This document shows positions 19,643 to 30,800 of a stretch of 64,000 nt of DNA, in pieces. A program made the translations under genes and the position numbers. Below the pieces are notes generated by a model. It was given only the letters and a program-made list of their open reading frames with translations, searched no databases and was not told the DNA's origin. The stretch is taken from assembly GCA_036726305.1 (NCBI GenBank), contig DAIMCP010000020.1:2995-66994 (forward strand), given 5' to 3'. The stretch comes from Pyrinomonadaceae bacterium. GTDB lineage: Bacteria > Acidobacteriota > Blastocatellia > Pyrinomonadales > Pyrinomonadaceae. Each line of letters begins with the position of its first letter. Within the stretch, counting starts at the first letter, position 1.

Positions 19643-20326
19643 TTAAGCCCAGGCTTCACCGTAGGCTTCAGAAAAAACTATCCGGTTCAGGGGAAAGCGC
19701 CCCGGGTAGACCTTGTCTGGGGCGGTTGCGCGACCCAGGGCGATCAGCGCGACGACTTCGGCTTCCGCGGGGATATTAAATTCTGTCTTGACGCCCGCCG
19801 GATCGAAACCTTCCATAGGCGCCGTGTCAAAGCCGTAGGCCTCAGCAATCAGCATCAAAGAAGTTACCGCTATCATCGTATGTCGTGTCACCCAGACGGA
19901 CATCTCCTGAGCGCTGGTGATAAAGCCGAGTGCCGCATCGCGAGCCCCCTGCCACCCCTCGACCCGACCAGCGCCCCGCTCGGCGCCTTCCTTAAAAACT
20001 TCGTCCGCTCGAGCTTTCCATTCTTCTTTCATGCCGAGACAGATTATAACTACCGGAGCTTCGGCAACCTTGGGCTGATTAAAAGCGACCGCCTGGAGCC
20101 TCCTCCTGCTCTCTTCTTCGCGCACTACGATGAAGCGCCAGGGTTGCAGGTTGTAACCTGAAGGGGCCTGGGCTGCCAGGGTTAGAATAGCCTTCAGGTA
20201 TTCCTCAGGTACCGGCTCTGCCGCAAAGTGATTGGTCGCGCGCCGGTCAAGCATTACGTCAATGATTGATTTAAGGCCATCGCCACTGGGTTGTATCGTT
20301 GGAAGATTGGTCGGTTTATCCTGCAT
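19643..20326 (-). CDS. nitroreductase-family protein
   Basis: 'RRATNHF', 'APSGYNLQPWRFIVV' and a C-terminal 'ALIALG' pattern. The ATG at 20326 is preferred over the ORF start at 20386. Confidence 0.75.
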   Translation of the reverse strand: MQDKPTNLPTIQPSGDGLKSIIDVMLDRRATNHFAAEPVPEEYLKAILTLAAQAPSGYNLQPWRFIVVREEESRRRLQAVAFNQPKVAEAPVVIICLGMKEEWKARADEVFKEGAERGAGRVEGWQGARDAALGFITSAQEMSVWVTRHTMIAVTSLMLIAEAYGFDTAPMEGFDPAGVKTEFNIPAEAEVVALIALGRATAPDKVYPGRFPLNRIVFSEAYGEAWA

Positions 20327-20420
20327 GTTTGCCCCCCCGTTTTCGCGCTTCGCAGTAGCGGAGCTATGATTGTAACGCGCTGACAAACAGATACGAAGTC
20401 CGGGTTAAGCCGAAATAAGT

Positions 20421-22121
20421 ATGACCAAAGGTTTACCGTTGAAAGCTGAGCAAAGGAATACCCTGCCGCCATTGGCGTCGCTGGCGCGCCTCGCCCACAC
20501 GGCGGAGGCTGTAGCGGCAACCACCAGGAAGCTCGAAAAGACCGCCTTACTGGGCGAGTATTTCAAGCTCCTGACCGATGCCGATCTGACCAGGGCGGCG
20601 CGTTATTTCGCCGGACATCAATTTGCGTTGAACGATTCGCGGACGACGAAAGTGGGCGGTAGCATCATCAGTGAGGCGCTGGCCCAGGCCACAGGTTTTT
20701 CGCTTGAAAATCTCTTACCACGATATGTGCGTCTGGGGGATGCCGGCGAAGCCGCATACGAGTTGGTCAAAGACGCAGGGCACCCGTCCCGCGCGGCCAC
20801 AATTACGCTGGCGGAAACAGAATCTCTGATCGTCAGGCTGAGTGACACGCGCGGTACAAAAAACAAAACGGCGCTGTTGGCTACTTCATTGCGACAGGCG
20901 ACCGCACTGGAAGCCAAGTACCTTGTGAAACTGCTGGTCAGCGACCTTCGCATCGGGTTGAAAGAGGGGTTGGTGGAAGACGCTATCGCTCGCGCCTTTG
21001 GCCAGCCGCCCGCGGCTGTCGCCCACGCAAATATGTTGTTAGGCGACATTGGGGAGACGGCCGTGCGCGCCCGGGACAATGACCTCACCGCACTGCGCAT
21101 GCGCCTTTTTCATCCTCTGAAGTTCATGCTGGCTACGCCGGCATCTGACCTTGCCGACATCACGCGCACAATGCCCGGCGAGTTTCTGGTTGAAGACAAG
21201 TTTGACGGTATCCGCGCCCAGGCGCACGTCGGCAATGACCGGTTAGCCATGTTTTCGCGAACTATGGACGACATTACACATCGCTTTCCGGAGCTGCGTG
21301 AGCCTTTAATGAGATTGCCGACCGACGCGATTATCGATGGCGAGATAGTTCCGGCTCGTGGCGACACCATCCTCCCTTTCAGCGAATTGCAGAAGCGACT
21401 TGGACGCAAGACTGTCAGCGAGGATCTCTTGAAAGAGGTCCCGGTGATATTTGTGGCCTATGACCTTTTCTATGCCGAGGGTCGCGTCTTGATCGATGAA
21501 CCCCTCGACGTGCGCCGGCAAGTGATGGAAAGTCTGATTGCGTCCCAGGGAACTCTAAGACTTTCCCATGCCACCCGCTTTCAGGAGGCAGCAGCGCTCG
21601 ACGACGAATTTACCGCCGCGCGAGCCCGCGGAAACGAAGGCCTGATGATAAAGAACCCCGCCTCGAACTATCGGCCGGGTAGGCGAGGACGAGAGTGGCT
21701 GAAAGTCAAGCGGGCCATCGCCACTCTCGACGTAGTAGTGACGGCGGTGGAAGTAGGGCATGGAAAACGCCGTGACCTCCTTTCAGATTACACCTTCGCC
21801 GTCCGCCGATCGGAAAACGATGCTGAACTTCTGAATATCGGCAAGGCATATTCCGGTTTGACAGATGCGGAGTTAGCCGAAATGACCAAATGGTTTAAGG
21901 CCCACACGATCCAACAGTACGCGCACGGGCGCGTACGAATTGTCGAGCCAACGATGGTCATAGAGGTGACCTGCGACAGAATTCAGCCATCAAAGCGGCA
22001 TAAGAGCGGGTACGCTATGCGATTTCCACGAATACTGAGGCTTCGCCCCGACAAGACCGTCGCGGAAATCGACACTCTGGCGACGGTGCGAGCCCTGGCC
22101 GCCTCAGGCCAGGATGCATAG
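20421..22121 (+). CDS. ATP-dependent DNA ligase (N-terminal DNA-binding, adenylation and OB domains)
   Basis: Motif I 'EDKFDGIRAQ' (KxDG adenylation lysine), 'EGLMIK' and 'WLKVK' motifs. 566 aa. Confidence 0.85.
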   Translation: MTKGLPLKAEQRNTLPPLASLARLAHTAEAVAATTRKLEKTALLGEYFKLLTDADLTRAARYFAGHQFALNDSRTTKVGGSIISEALAQATGFSLENLLPRYVRLGDAGEAAYELVKDAGHPSRAATITLAETESLIVRLSDTRGTKNKTALLATSLRQATALEAKYLVKLLVSDLRIGLKEGLVEDAIARAFGQPPAAVAHANMLLGDIGETAVRARDNDLTALRMRLFHPLKFMLATPASDLADITRTMPGEFLVEDKFDGIRAQAHVGNDRLAMFSRTMDDITHRFPELREPLMRLPTDAIIDGEIVPARGDTILPFSELQKRLGRKTVSEDLLKEVPVIFVAYDLFYAEGRVLIDEPLDVRRQVMESLIASQGTLRLSHATRFQEAAALDDEFTAARARGNEGLMIKNPASNYRPGRRGREWLKVKRAIATLDVVVTAVEVGHGKRRDLLSDYTFAVRRSENDAELLNIGKAYSGLTDAELAEMTKWFKAHTIQQYAHGRVRIVEPTMVIEVTCDRIQPSKRHKSGYAMRFPRILRLRPDKTVAEIDTLATVRALAASGQDA

Positions 22122-22346
22122 CTTCGCCTCTCCAGCCGCGGCACACATGCTTGAAACCTTGCTTGGGGCGGAGAATCGCCTTTTTTGTTGCTTTACGCGG
22201 GCATAAGAGGATACGATGCACGCCTGTTGAGGCGTTCCTCATTGCTTCTTACGCGTTCATCACTGTACGAGCTCTCACTTATGTAAGAGCTGCACCAAAA
22301 GTGAAGCAACGACCGCCGAAACTGAAATAATGGACTAGCAGGGTGT

Positions 22347-22586
22347 TTAGTATATTGACAGCATGCTAATCAGCATATTCACCAGGGCCAGCGTCCCGTC
22401 CACTTCAGCGGAAGCAGCCGAAGCGAATCCACTACCGGTCGAATCGGAGGTCTCGGGCAATAAAATCTCCGTGGAATTGGGCGTTGGACAGGGAGCGGGT
22501 GGCGAATTCAACTCGCCGGCAAAAACCGACACGCCGATTACCAGGGTCAAAAAGATCGGGGCTACTACTTTGGAAAGCGTTTTCAT
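22347..22586 (-). CDS. small secreted protein (79 aa) of unknown function
   Basis: The ATG at 22586 is preceded by AAGGAGA. Signal peptide (MKTLSKVVAPIFLTLVIGVSVFA). Pro/Ser/Thr-rich middle with a single Cys. Hydrophobic C-terminus (LALVNMLISMLSIY). Confidence 0.45.
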   Translation of the reverse strand: MKTLSKVVAPIFLTLVIGVSVFAGELNSPPAPCPTPNSTEILLPETSDSTGSGFASAASAEVDGTLALVNMLISMLSIY

Positions 22587-22723
22587 CTTGGTCTCCTTGA
22601 AGGTTGTTTTGGAACAATTCAGTTGGCAGACAAGCTCAACTGGAAAGCCGGGCGTGCGCATAATACCCGCCTGGCAGAAGTCTTGCAAGAATCATTACAC
22701 TCGCTAGCAAAGGATTAATAGAC

Positions 22724-24304
22724 ATGCACTTACGTGATCAAGTTTCCACTAAAACAACCTCACCGACCGAGAACGAAGTAGTTATTGGTCGTGATGAGGA
22801 AGCTTTGCAACGCTGCTTCGAGGCAAAATCATGTCAAGAAGCAGGGGATTATGAGGCTGCGCGCCAGGCACTTGGGGGCCTTTGGCAGCGAGTTGGCGAC
22901 ACCCCGGCAGTCGAGGGTCTGGGCCCGTTGGCGCAAGCAGAGGTGCTGCTACGCGTCGGTTCGCTATCGGGCAGGATCGGTAGCGCCAACCAGATCGAAG
23001 GAGCTCAGGAGATAGCCAAAGATCTGATTTCCCACAGTAAAAGGCTGTTTGAGGAACTCGGATTGGTTGAAAAGGTGGCGGAGACCCAAGTGGATCTGGC
23101 AATTTGTTACTGGCGCTCCGGTGGACTCGATGAAGCGCGGATTACATTGCAGGGAGCACTGGAGAAAGTTGGCAATGTTGAAAGTGAGCAGCGTTTGCGC
23201 GCAATTGTCAGCTTGGCGATCTTTGAGATCTCCGCGGGACGGTATCGCGAGGCGTTGAGAGTTCAGAGTGAAAACGCGCCCCTGTTTGAGCGAAGCCGAA
23301 ACCATGCACTGAAAGGGACTTTTCACAATGAGTTAGCGCTTGCGTTACGGAATATTGGCGAAGCCGAGGGACGGCCCGATTACATCGATCATGCCTTAAT
23401 CGAGTATACGGCCGCGGTTTATCACTTTGAACAGGCTGATCACACTCGTTATCTTGCCCTGGTGGAAAACAATTTGGGATTTCTTTTCCTCAAGGCCGGC
23501 AAATTGATTGAAGCTCATCAACACCTCAACCGGGCACGCGCTTTGTTTGTGAGGTTGAAAGACAAAGGAAGAATTGCACCGGTAGATGAGACTCGGGCCC
23601 GGGCTTTCCTTGCGCAGGGGCTCAATTCTCAGGCAGAGACAACCGTGCGTGCCTCGGTCAGGACTCTGGAACAGGGGGATGAAAGTTCACTGTTGGCAGA
23701 GGCGTTGACAACACATGGAGTCGCTTTGGCGCGACTCGAGCGCTTCGAGCGGGCTCATGCTCAACTTAGGCGCGCGATTAACGTAGCAACGAATGCCGGC
23801 GATCCGGAAAAAGCCGGCTTGGCAGCCCTCACTATTGTTGAAGCACTGCGCTCGTATCTACCACCAGCAAGTTTGCGAGAATATTATGTTCAGGCCGAGT
23901 CACTCCTCGTTCAATCACAGGCTCCAGGCGCCGAAGACCGTTTAGGCCGTTGTGCCCGCACTATTCTCGCCCTGGGAGAATCGCGTGTTGGTGATCTGAA
24001 AAAACCTGATCTGTCAGACGCAGTACTCAACCATGTCCAGGGAGATGCCGGCACCAGTTCGCAGACGCTGACCGGCAAACCGAAGTGGACAGGTTGCTCA
24101 CTTGAGAATCAGGTGTTGCACTATGAAGGAGAGTTAATCCAACAAGCACTGGAAGCGGCTTCAGGAAGCGTGACTCGTGCGGCGCGTATGCTCGGCATTA
24201 CCCATCAGGGCTTGGCCTTCATTTTGAACGGCCGCCATAAGAGCCTGTTGACGGTAAGGACACCGGTCCGAAAACGGCGCAAGAGCATTTTTCGTAGCGA
24301 ATGA
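22724..24304 (+). CDS. TPR-repeat protein with C-terminal Fis-type helix-turn-helix
   Basis: TPR-like helical repeats throughout. C-terminal 'GSVTRAARMLGITHQGLAFIL' is a Fis-type HTH. No AAA+/sigma-54 domain seen. Confidence 0.6.
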   Translation: MHLRDQVSTKTTSPTENEVVIGRDEEALQRCFEAKSCQEAGDYEAARQALGGLWQRVGDTPAVEGLGPLAQAEVLLRVGSLSGRIGSANQIEGAQEIAKDLISHSKRLFEELGLVEKVAETQVDLAICYWRSGGLDEARITLQGALEKVGNVESEQRLRAIVSLAIFEISAGRYREALRVQSENAPLFERSRNHALKGTFHNELALALRNIGEAEGRPDYIDHALIEYTAAVYHFEQADHTRYLALVENNLGFLFLKAGKLIEAHQHLNRARALFVRLKDKGRIAPVDETRARAFLAQGLNSQAETTVRASVRTLEQGDESSLLAEALTTHGVALARLERFERAHAQLRRAINVATNAGDPEKAGLAALTIVEALRSYLPPASLREYYVQAESLLVQSQAPGAEDRLGRCARTILALGESRVGDLKKPDLSDAVLNHVQGDAGTSSQTLTGKPKWTGCSLENQVLHYEGELIQQALEAASGSVTRAARMLGITHQGLAFILNGRHKSLLTVRTPVRKRRKSIFRSE

Positions 24305-24505
24305 TAAAAGGAGATTCTTTGGCGCAGGTTAGAAGATTGAAATAACAATCTCATACCACCGTCCCGGTGCAACTGCTCGCCAGCACACGCCCGGTCTCTT
24401 GTCCCGTCTGGGCAACGGCCGGGCGTACGTTTGTCCTCCAACACCGGCATCCAATATTATGCGTACTTCGACTGGATCCCCCGACCTAGAGGTAATGTCT
24501 CTATC

Positions 24506-26059
24506 ATGAAGTATCTGACCTTAAAAGCCACCGTTGTTTTCCTGTTGGCGGCGACAAGCGCCTTTACGCAGACCCCGCGAAAGAGAGTAGCCGGAAGACA
24601 GCCGGCCAAGGCGGTTGTGCGTGAGCCGGCCGTGGAGCCAGTTTCGCAACCGACCCCTGCCGTGACCTCGTCCCTCATACCAATTGACACAACCATCCCC
24701 ACGACGCTGGCGGTTCTTAACGGGCAAGCTATTACCGTGTCTGATCTGGATCCTGCGGCCTCGCGGGAAATCCTGCAGTTAGGGGCGAGAGTCGCTCAGG
24801 CGCGGAGCCAAATACTCGATATCCAGATCAATACCATCCTGCTTGAGAACGAGGCAAAGCGACGCAAGCTGACTTCACAACAGGTTTACGAGGCGGAAGT
24901 TGCCAAGCGCATCATCGAACCAACTGAAGCAGAGATAAGCAAACTCCTTGAAGACAATCGTGCAAATCTCGCTGATAGTGATCCCAAAACCTTACACGCT
25001 GACGCGATCGCTTTCTTGAAGAGCCAGCAGGAGCAGAAGTTTTCCGCAGAACTCATCCGCAAGGCAAGGATTGCAACCCCGGTGATACCGGGCGTTGACA
25101 TCAACAGCCCGGATCTTAAGCCCAACAGCGTATTAGCGACTGTGGGAGGACAGACCATCACAGCCGCCAGCCTGACCGAAAGACTTAAGCCAATTGTTTT
25201 TCGTTTGCGGCTAAACACCTACCAACTTGCCAGTCAAGCACTGCGGCAGACCATCAAGGATCTCTTAGTACTGGCTGAGGCCAACCGCCGCAACATTCCT
25301 TCAGATAGTCTGATTCGGCTGGAGATAACCGACAAAGTTCGGACTCCGACTGATGCCGAGGTAGAAGCGTTTTACAATGAAAACAAAGCGCAAATTTCTG
25401 CCGATCTGGCGAGCGTTAAAAACCAGATCGCCAATTTTCTGAGAGAAAAGCAGGGGCAGCAATTGGAGGAGGCGCTTGCCGAGCGTCTCCGGAAAGGGGC
25501 CGATCTGCGCGTCCTGCTCACTGAACCAGAACCGCCGGTCCAGGTAATCAGTACGACAGGTGAACCAGCCCGGGGGGATGTCAACGCGCCGGTCACGATT
25601 ATTGAATTCACTGATTTTCAATGTCCGTCATGCGCGGCCATGCACCCGGTGTTGGAACAAGTCCTTGCCAAATATGGGGCCAAAGTACGACTGGTTGTCA
25701 GAAACTACCCCCTTGAGCGCCACGCCAATGCGCGCAAGGCGGCCGAAGCGGCCGATGCAGCTCATGCCCAGGGAAAGTTCTTTGAATACACGGCGTTGCT
25801 GTTTAAGCGACAGGACGCACTCGACGTTGCTTCGCTAAAGAAGTACGCTTCTGAAGTTGGGTTGAATCGCGTGCGTTTCGATGCCGAACTTGACCGTGGT
25901 ATCTATGCCGCGGAGGTCCGGCACGATATCAATGAGGGCCAGATCAGCGGCGTCGAATCCACGCCCACGCTCTTTGTCAATGGCGTGATGTTAATGGACC
26001 TTCGTGCTGAAGGATTGAGCGCCGCGATTGATAAGGCGCTTGCCAAGGCTGGCCGCTAG
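24506..26059 (+). CDS. secreted DsbA-family thiol:disulfide oxidoreductase with two SurA-N-like chaperone modules
   Basis: The ATG at 24506 gives a signal peptide (MKYLTLKATVVFLLAATSAFTQ). Two '(L)NGQ.IT..L' chaperone-like modules. C-terminal thioredoxin fold with 'FTDFQCPSCAAMHP' (CxxC) and 'TPTLFVNG'. Confidence 0.7.
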   Translation: MKYLTLKATVVFLLAATSAFTQTPRKRVAGRQPAKAVVREPAVEPVSQPTPAVTSSLIPIDTTIPTTLAVLNGQAITVSDLDPAASREILQLGARVAQARSQILDIQINTILLENEAKRRKLTSQQVYEAEVAKRIIEPTEAEISKLLEDNRANLADSDPKTLHADAIAFLKSQQEQKFSAELIRKARIATPVIPGVDINSPDLKPNSVLATVGGQTITAASLTERLKPIVFRLRLNTYQLASQALRQTIKDLLVLAEANRRNIPSDSLIRLEITDKVRTPTDAEVEAFYNENKAQISADLASVKNQIANFLREKQGQQLEEALAERLRKGADLRVLLTEPEPPVQVISTTGEPARGDVNAPVTIIEFTDFQCPSCAAMHPVLEQVLAKYGAKVRLVVRNYPLERHANARKAAEAADAAHAQGKFFEYTALLFKRQDALDVASLKKYASEVGLNRVRFDAELDRGIYAAEVRHDINEGQISGVESTPTLFVNGVMLMDLRAEGLSAAIDKALAKAGR

Positions 26060-26094
26060 TAGCGAGCTTTAGTCTTTGGCTTTTTTGGTAGTTT

Positions 26095-26646
<552 letters not shown>

Positions 26647-27000
26647 GCCTTTGTCCTCCCTTTCTTGAGTTCCATCACCGAGCGGGAACGCCACTTTCTT
26701 CGGCTCGTCAGGCAAGCTGAATTAGCGCCAATACCTGCAGCGCGGACTTCCCTGGGATGTCGGCAGCATAGTGCCTGATCAATATTCTCGCAAGCAATTT
26801 CCTGCCAGGTATCAACCCTTCCAGCTGGTCGCAATCGGGAACATATCTCGTTCATCCATGTTTAAAAACTCAAGAATTCCTCAAGGGTCATGCCGTAAGA
26901 CTTTTGGAGTGATCGGAAATCACGCCGTTCAAACTTGGAGCCTTCACCGGCGAATGCTTCGGATGTCAAGTTAACAGGGATCAAGGAACCAGAATTAACA

Positions 27001-27810
27001 ATGCTCATCATTGAAAACTTCACGAACCCGGGACCGGGCGCTATGCAGCTAATCCTCGAGAAAATAACTCTGCCTGCCAGTACTTTACACGTATTAAGAC
27101 CCCGGCTGCTCGACCTCCTCAACGACAGCCTCAATACTTGCGCGGCAACCATAATTAACGGCAGAGCCGGGTCAGGCAAAACAACCCTGATGACCGATTT
27201 TGCCGAAGAGTCAGGTCGGGCACTGGCGTGGTACAAGGTTGACGCACCCGACGGAGAGCTCCAGATCTTCTTCAGGTATTTAATCGCAAGCATACAACAA
27301 AGCCGTCCGGGATTTGGGCGCAAGAATCTACAGCCAATTCTTCATGCGGAGAATTTCGAGCAAATTGATCTGTTGGCTGAGGCGTTTGTTTATGAGTTGC
27401 TCGACGGCGGTTCACACGAGCCCCTCTTGATTGTCGTCGAAGATCTGCACCTGGTGTACGACGCGGAGTGGGTAGTTCCTTTCTTTCGCCGGTTGCTGCC
27501 TCTGCTGCCAAACGATGTTCACATCGTCATAACCAGCCGGACCCTCCCACCGGCTCCACTCTGGCGCATGCGCTCCAAGCAACGTTTGTTCGTAATCGAT
27601 GAGGCCGAATTGGCGTTTACTCGCCCGGAAGCCATTGAACTCTTTGAGAGCGTCGGCCTTTCTCGTGAGCAAGCCAGCATTGCCCTGGATCACACGCACG
27701 GTCGTGCCTCGGCTCTGCGTACTTGCGCGCAATCTCTGACGTCAGATTCAGATGAAAGGGCCGAGGATGTGGTCGCCGTGATGGAGAGTCAGATAACGGG
27801 GCGGCGCTGA
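27001..27810 (+). CDS. stand-alone MalT/STAND-type P-loop NTPase N-terminal module (no TPR or DNA-binding domain)
   Basis: 'LRPRLLDLL', Walker A 'GRAGSGKTT' and Walker B-like 'LLIVVEDLH'. Paralogous by eye to the N-terminus of the next gene but ends after about 270 aa. Confidence 0.55.
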   Translation: MLIIENFTNPGPGAMQLILEKITLPASTLHVLRPRLLDLLNDSLNTCAATIINGRAGSGKTTLMTDFAEESGRALAWYKVDAPDGELQIFFRYLIASIQQSRPGFGRKNLQPILHAENFEQIDLLAEAFVYELLDGGSHEPLLIVVEDLHLVYDAEWVVPFFRRLLPLLPNDVHIVITSRTLPPAPLWRMRSKQRLFVIDEAELAFTRPEAIELFESVGLSREQASIALDHTHGRASALRTCAQSLTSDSDERAEDVVAVMESQITGRR

Positions 27811-27830
27811 GCCAGTCCCCGAGAGTACTT

Positions 27831-30800
27831 ATGAATGCCAGGAACGAGACATCAGCGAGCACAATAGGCTGGATACCAGCTGCTGTGATTCGTTCCGCGG
27901 ATCGTGGCCGCAACCCGTTTCCTTGTGCTACTCTCGCAAAAAGTCGTATTGCTCCGAGGCACAAGTTGATGGCACCAAGAATCCGGCCGGGGAAGCCTCC
28001 GCAGGAGGCATTAACGCCCACCGTAGCCAACCCGCCCGGTTCGTTGCCCAGTTTCTTTCTCAGAACGAAACTGATGCCGCCTCGTCCTTCCCCGGAAATG
28101 CTCTCTCGGCCACGATTAACGGAAAGGCTGTTAGCAAACCTTGCGCACTCGGTCACCCTCGTAACAGCCAACGCGGGTTCGGGCAAGACGACCCTCGTTG
28201 CCGACTTTCTCAGAAGCCAGGACCGGCCTTTTGTCTGGTACCAGTTAGATCATACGGATGCTGATCCATTTGTATTTCTCGGCTACGTGACGCACGGCAT
28301 TCAACAGGTCGTACCAGATTTCGGTAAAGCCATGTTCTCATATCTGCACGAAGCTGCAGGCGAGCTGGCGCAACACCCTGAACGAGCGGTCGATGTGCTG
28401 CTGAACGAAGTACTTGAGCGAGTAGACCAGCAGCTGATTCTGGTTCTCGACGATTATCATCACCTTGGCAGCGACACTGCGGTTCATGGAGTGCTTGATA
28501 GGCTGTTGGCCTACTTGCCGGATGTGATGCACGTCATTGTCATCTCGCGAGAGGTGCCGCCCATTTCGATGTCGCGTTTGCGCGCCCAAGCCCCGCTGTC
28601 GACCATTGATCGCCCTGACCTTCTTTTCACAGACCAGGAGACGCAGGAACTTTTTCGTAAGGTCTTCGATCTTGAGCTAACAGCCACGCAATTGGCCGAA
28701 TACCGGCAGCGCACTCACGGCTGGATCACAGCATTGCAGCTGGTTAGACAATTCGCTCAACGGACACCAGCCAACCGGGAAAATGGAAGTAAGGTCGAGC
28801 CCGCCGACCTGGTTGAGGTCTTAACCAGATCCGAGCGCGACATTTTTGACTATTTTGCTGAGGAAGTTTTTGCCGATGAAGCCGCGGAAACTCAACAATT
28901 ACTACTGCGTCTCTCACTGCTGGAGAGCATTGAGCTGGACACCTGCACCGAGCTCTATGAGGGAATGAATTGTTCCCGCGTCCTACCCAGCCTTGTCAGG
29001 CGGAACGTTTTCCTCACCGTGGCCAGCGACGGGCATGGGGAAGAGTATCGACTGCACCCACTCTTTCAAAGTTTTCTGCGCCGGCGCTTCCGCAGCGAGG
29101 TTGGGAAGAGCGGGGTGGCCGCGGAACATGCGCGATACGCAGATTATTTTGTCAGCCGAAAAGCCTGGGAACCGGCCGTCAGACATCTGCTGGCTGCCGA
29201 GGTTTTCGATCGTGCGGCTGCCATTATCGCCGACCGTGGTCGTGAATGGATTGCGTCGGGAGCGATTGCTTCGCTCGCCTTACTAGCCGGGGCACTGCCG
29301 CAGGCTGAACTTGAACTACATCCGAAGGCCCTCGCACACCAGGGCGAAGTGGCAAGGCTCCGCGGTCAATACGATGTAGCGCAGACCTTTTTCCGCCGGG
29401 CCGTGACGTTGTTGCGGCAACAAAGTGATAAGGAAGGTGAGGCAGAGGCCCTGCATTCGCTGGCGACGCTCGCACGTCGCGAGGGTGAGTACGAGATGGC
29501 TTTTGCTTATCTGGATCGGGCTATTGAGCTCGCGGGAGAAAATTCAGCTCTCCATACAAAATGCGGCAACACGCGGGGCCTGTGTCTGGTTGCAATGGGA
29601 GAGTGGACAGCAGCCGAAAGAGAGTTTCGGGCTGCCCTGCAATCTGCAGAGGAACGGAATGACGAGTATTACATGCGGCTGATTGCTCACAACCTGGGCA
29701 CTCCCGCCGGCATTCGTGGTGATTTCGGCGAAGCATTGCGCTGGCTGGGACGCATGCTGCGAGCCGATATCCATGGAGCTCCGATGCCTCAGGAGGCGAT
29801 TGCGCACCTGAACATGGCCCGCTGTTATCTTTATCGTGGTGCGTTTGCGGATTGTGAAAAGCACCTTGAGAGCGCCCTTGACCGCTGCCAGGTTTTCAAC
29901 CTGGTTGCCTCACGCGGAGAAATCTTTGAAGCTTTCGGAAATCTTTACCGAGAACGCTGCGAAGTCGAGCGAGCCACCGAATTTTATGAACGAGCTGCGC
30001 GGGCATACGATGATGCCGGGATCGCCCTGAGTCGGGTTGAGCTGCTCGAGGAACTCGCTCTGCTGAGTCTGCAAGTGGGAAACGTGAATGCTGCCCGCAC
30101 GCACATCGATCGCCTGATCAGCTCACGTCCCGTTGAAAAGGGAGAAATCACTTATTTCACGGCTTCCCTGACCCGTGGCCGCGTGATCCTGGCACAAGGT
30201 GAATACCAGACCGCCGCGAAGGAATTGTCCCAGGCACTAAGATATTTTCATGAGAATGGCCTTTACTATTACGAAGCCCAGGCATCCATGGCACTGGCCG
30301 CCTGTGAGCTCAAGTTGGGCCAGGAACCGGGCATGCTCGCTCATCTGCGCCGCGCGCTGGAATTGGCAGCCCGCTATGACTATGAGTACTGGCTGCAACG
30401 CGAAGTCAGTCATCATCCCGACCTGTTTGGATCTGAGGAGGCGGCCGAACTCTTACCGGCAGAAGTTAGAGAGCAACTACCCTCGCTGCGTGTGCAAAGG
30501 TTCCCTGTAGTTCCCACCCCGCAGCTTGAAACCTCGATTGAGGCTAAGAGTCTCACGGATTTGAGTATTAACATGCTCGGTCCCATTGAGATATTTCGCG
30601 ATCCCACCAGGCCGTTGGGAGCTGATGCCTGGACGACTCGCCGAGCACGCGACATTCTGTGTTTTATCGCCTCCCGCCGGCATCGCCGAGCCTCGAAGGA
30701 TTCAATCATCGACGTATTTTGGGGCGAAACCGACCTGCGGGCCGTGGAAAAGAATTTTCACCCTACCGTGTCGCACATAAGGAAAGCGCTGAACAGCAAT

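Noticed and set aside
19442-20161. 239-aa + strand ORF overlapping the nitroreductase gene.
   Set aside because: It is antisense to a CDS with clear family motifs, has no recognisable motifs or RBS of its own, and has an Arg/Gly-rich composition typical of GC-rich shadow frames.
22160-22190. GGCG-loop-CGCC followed by T6 after the ligase gene, considered as a terminator.
   Set aside because: A 4-bp stem is too weak to call with confidence.
26862-27323. 153-aa minus-strand ORF overlapping the start of the first STAND gene.
   Set aside because: It has no recognisable domain and lies antisense to a P-loop-containing CDS, so it is probably a shadow ORF.
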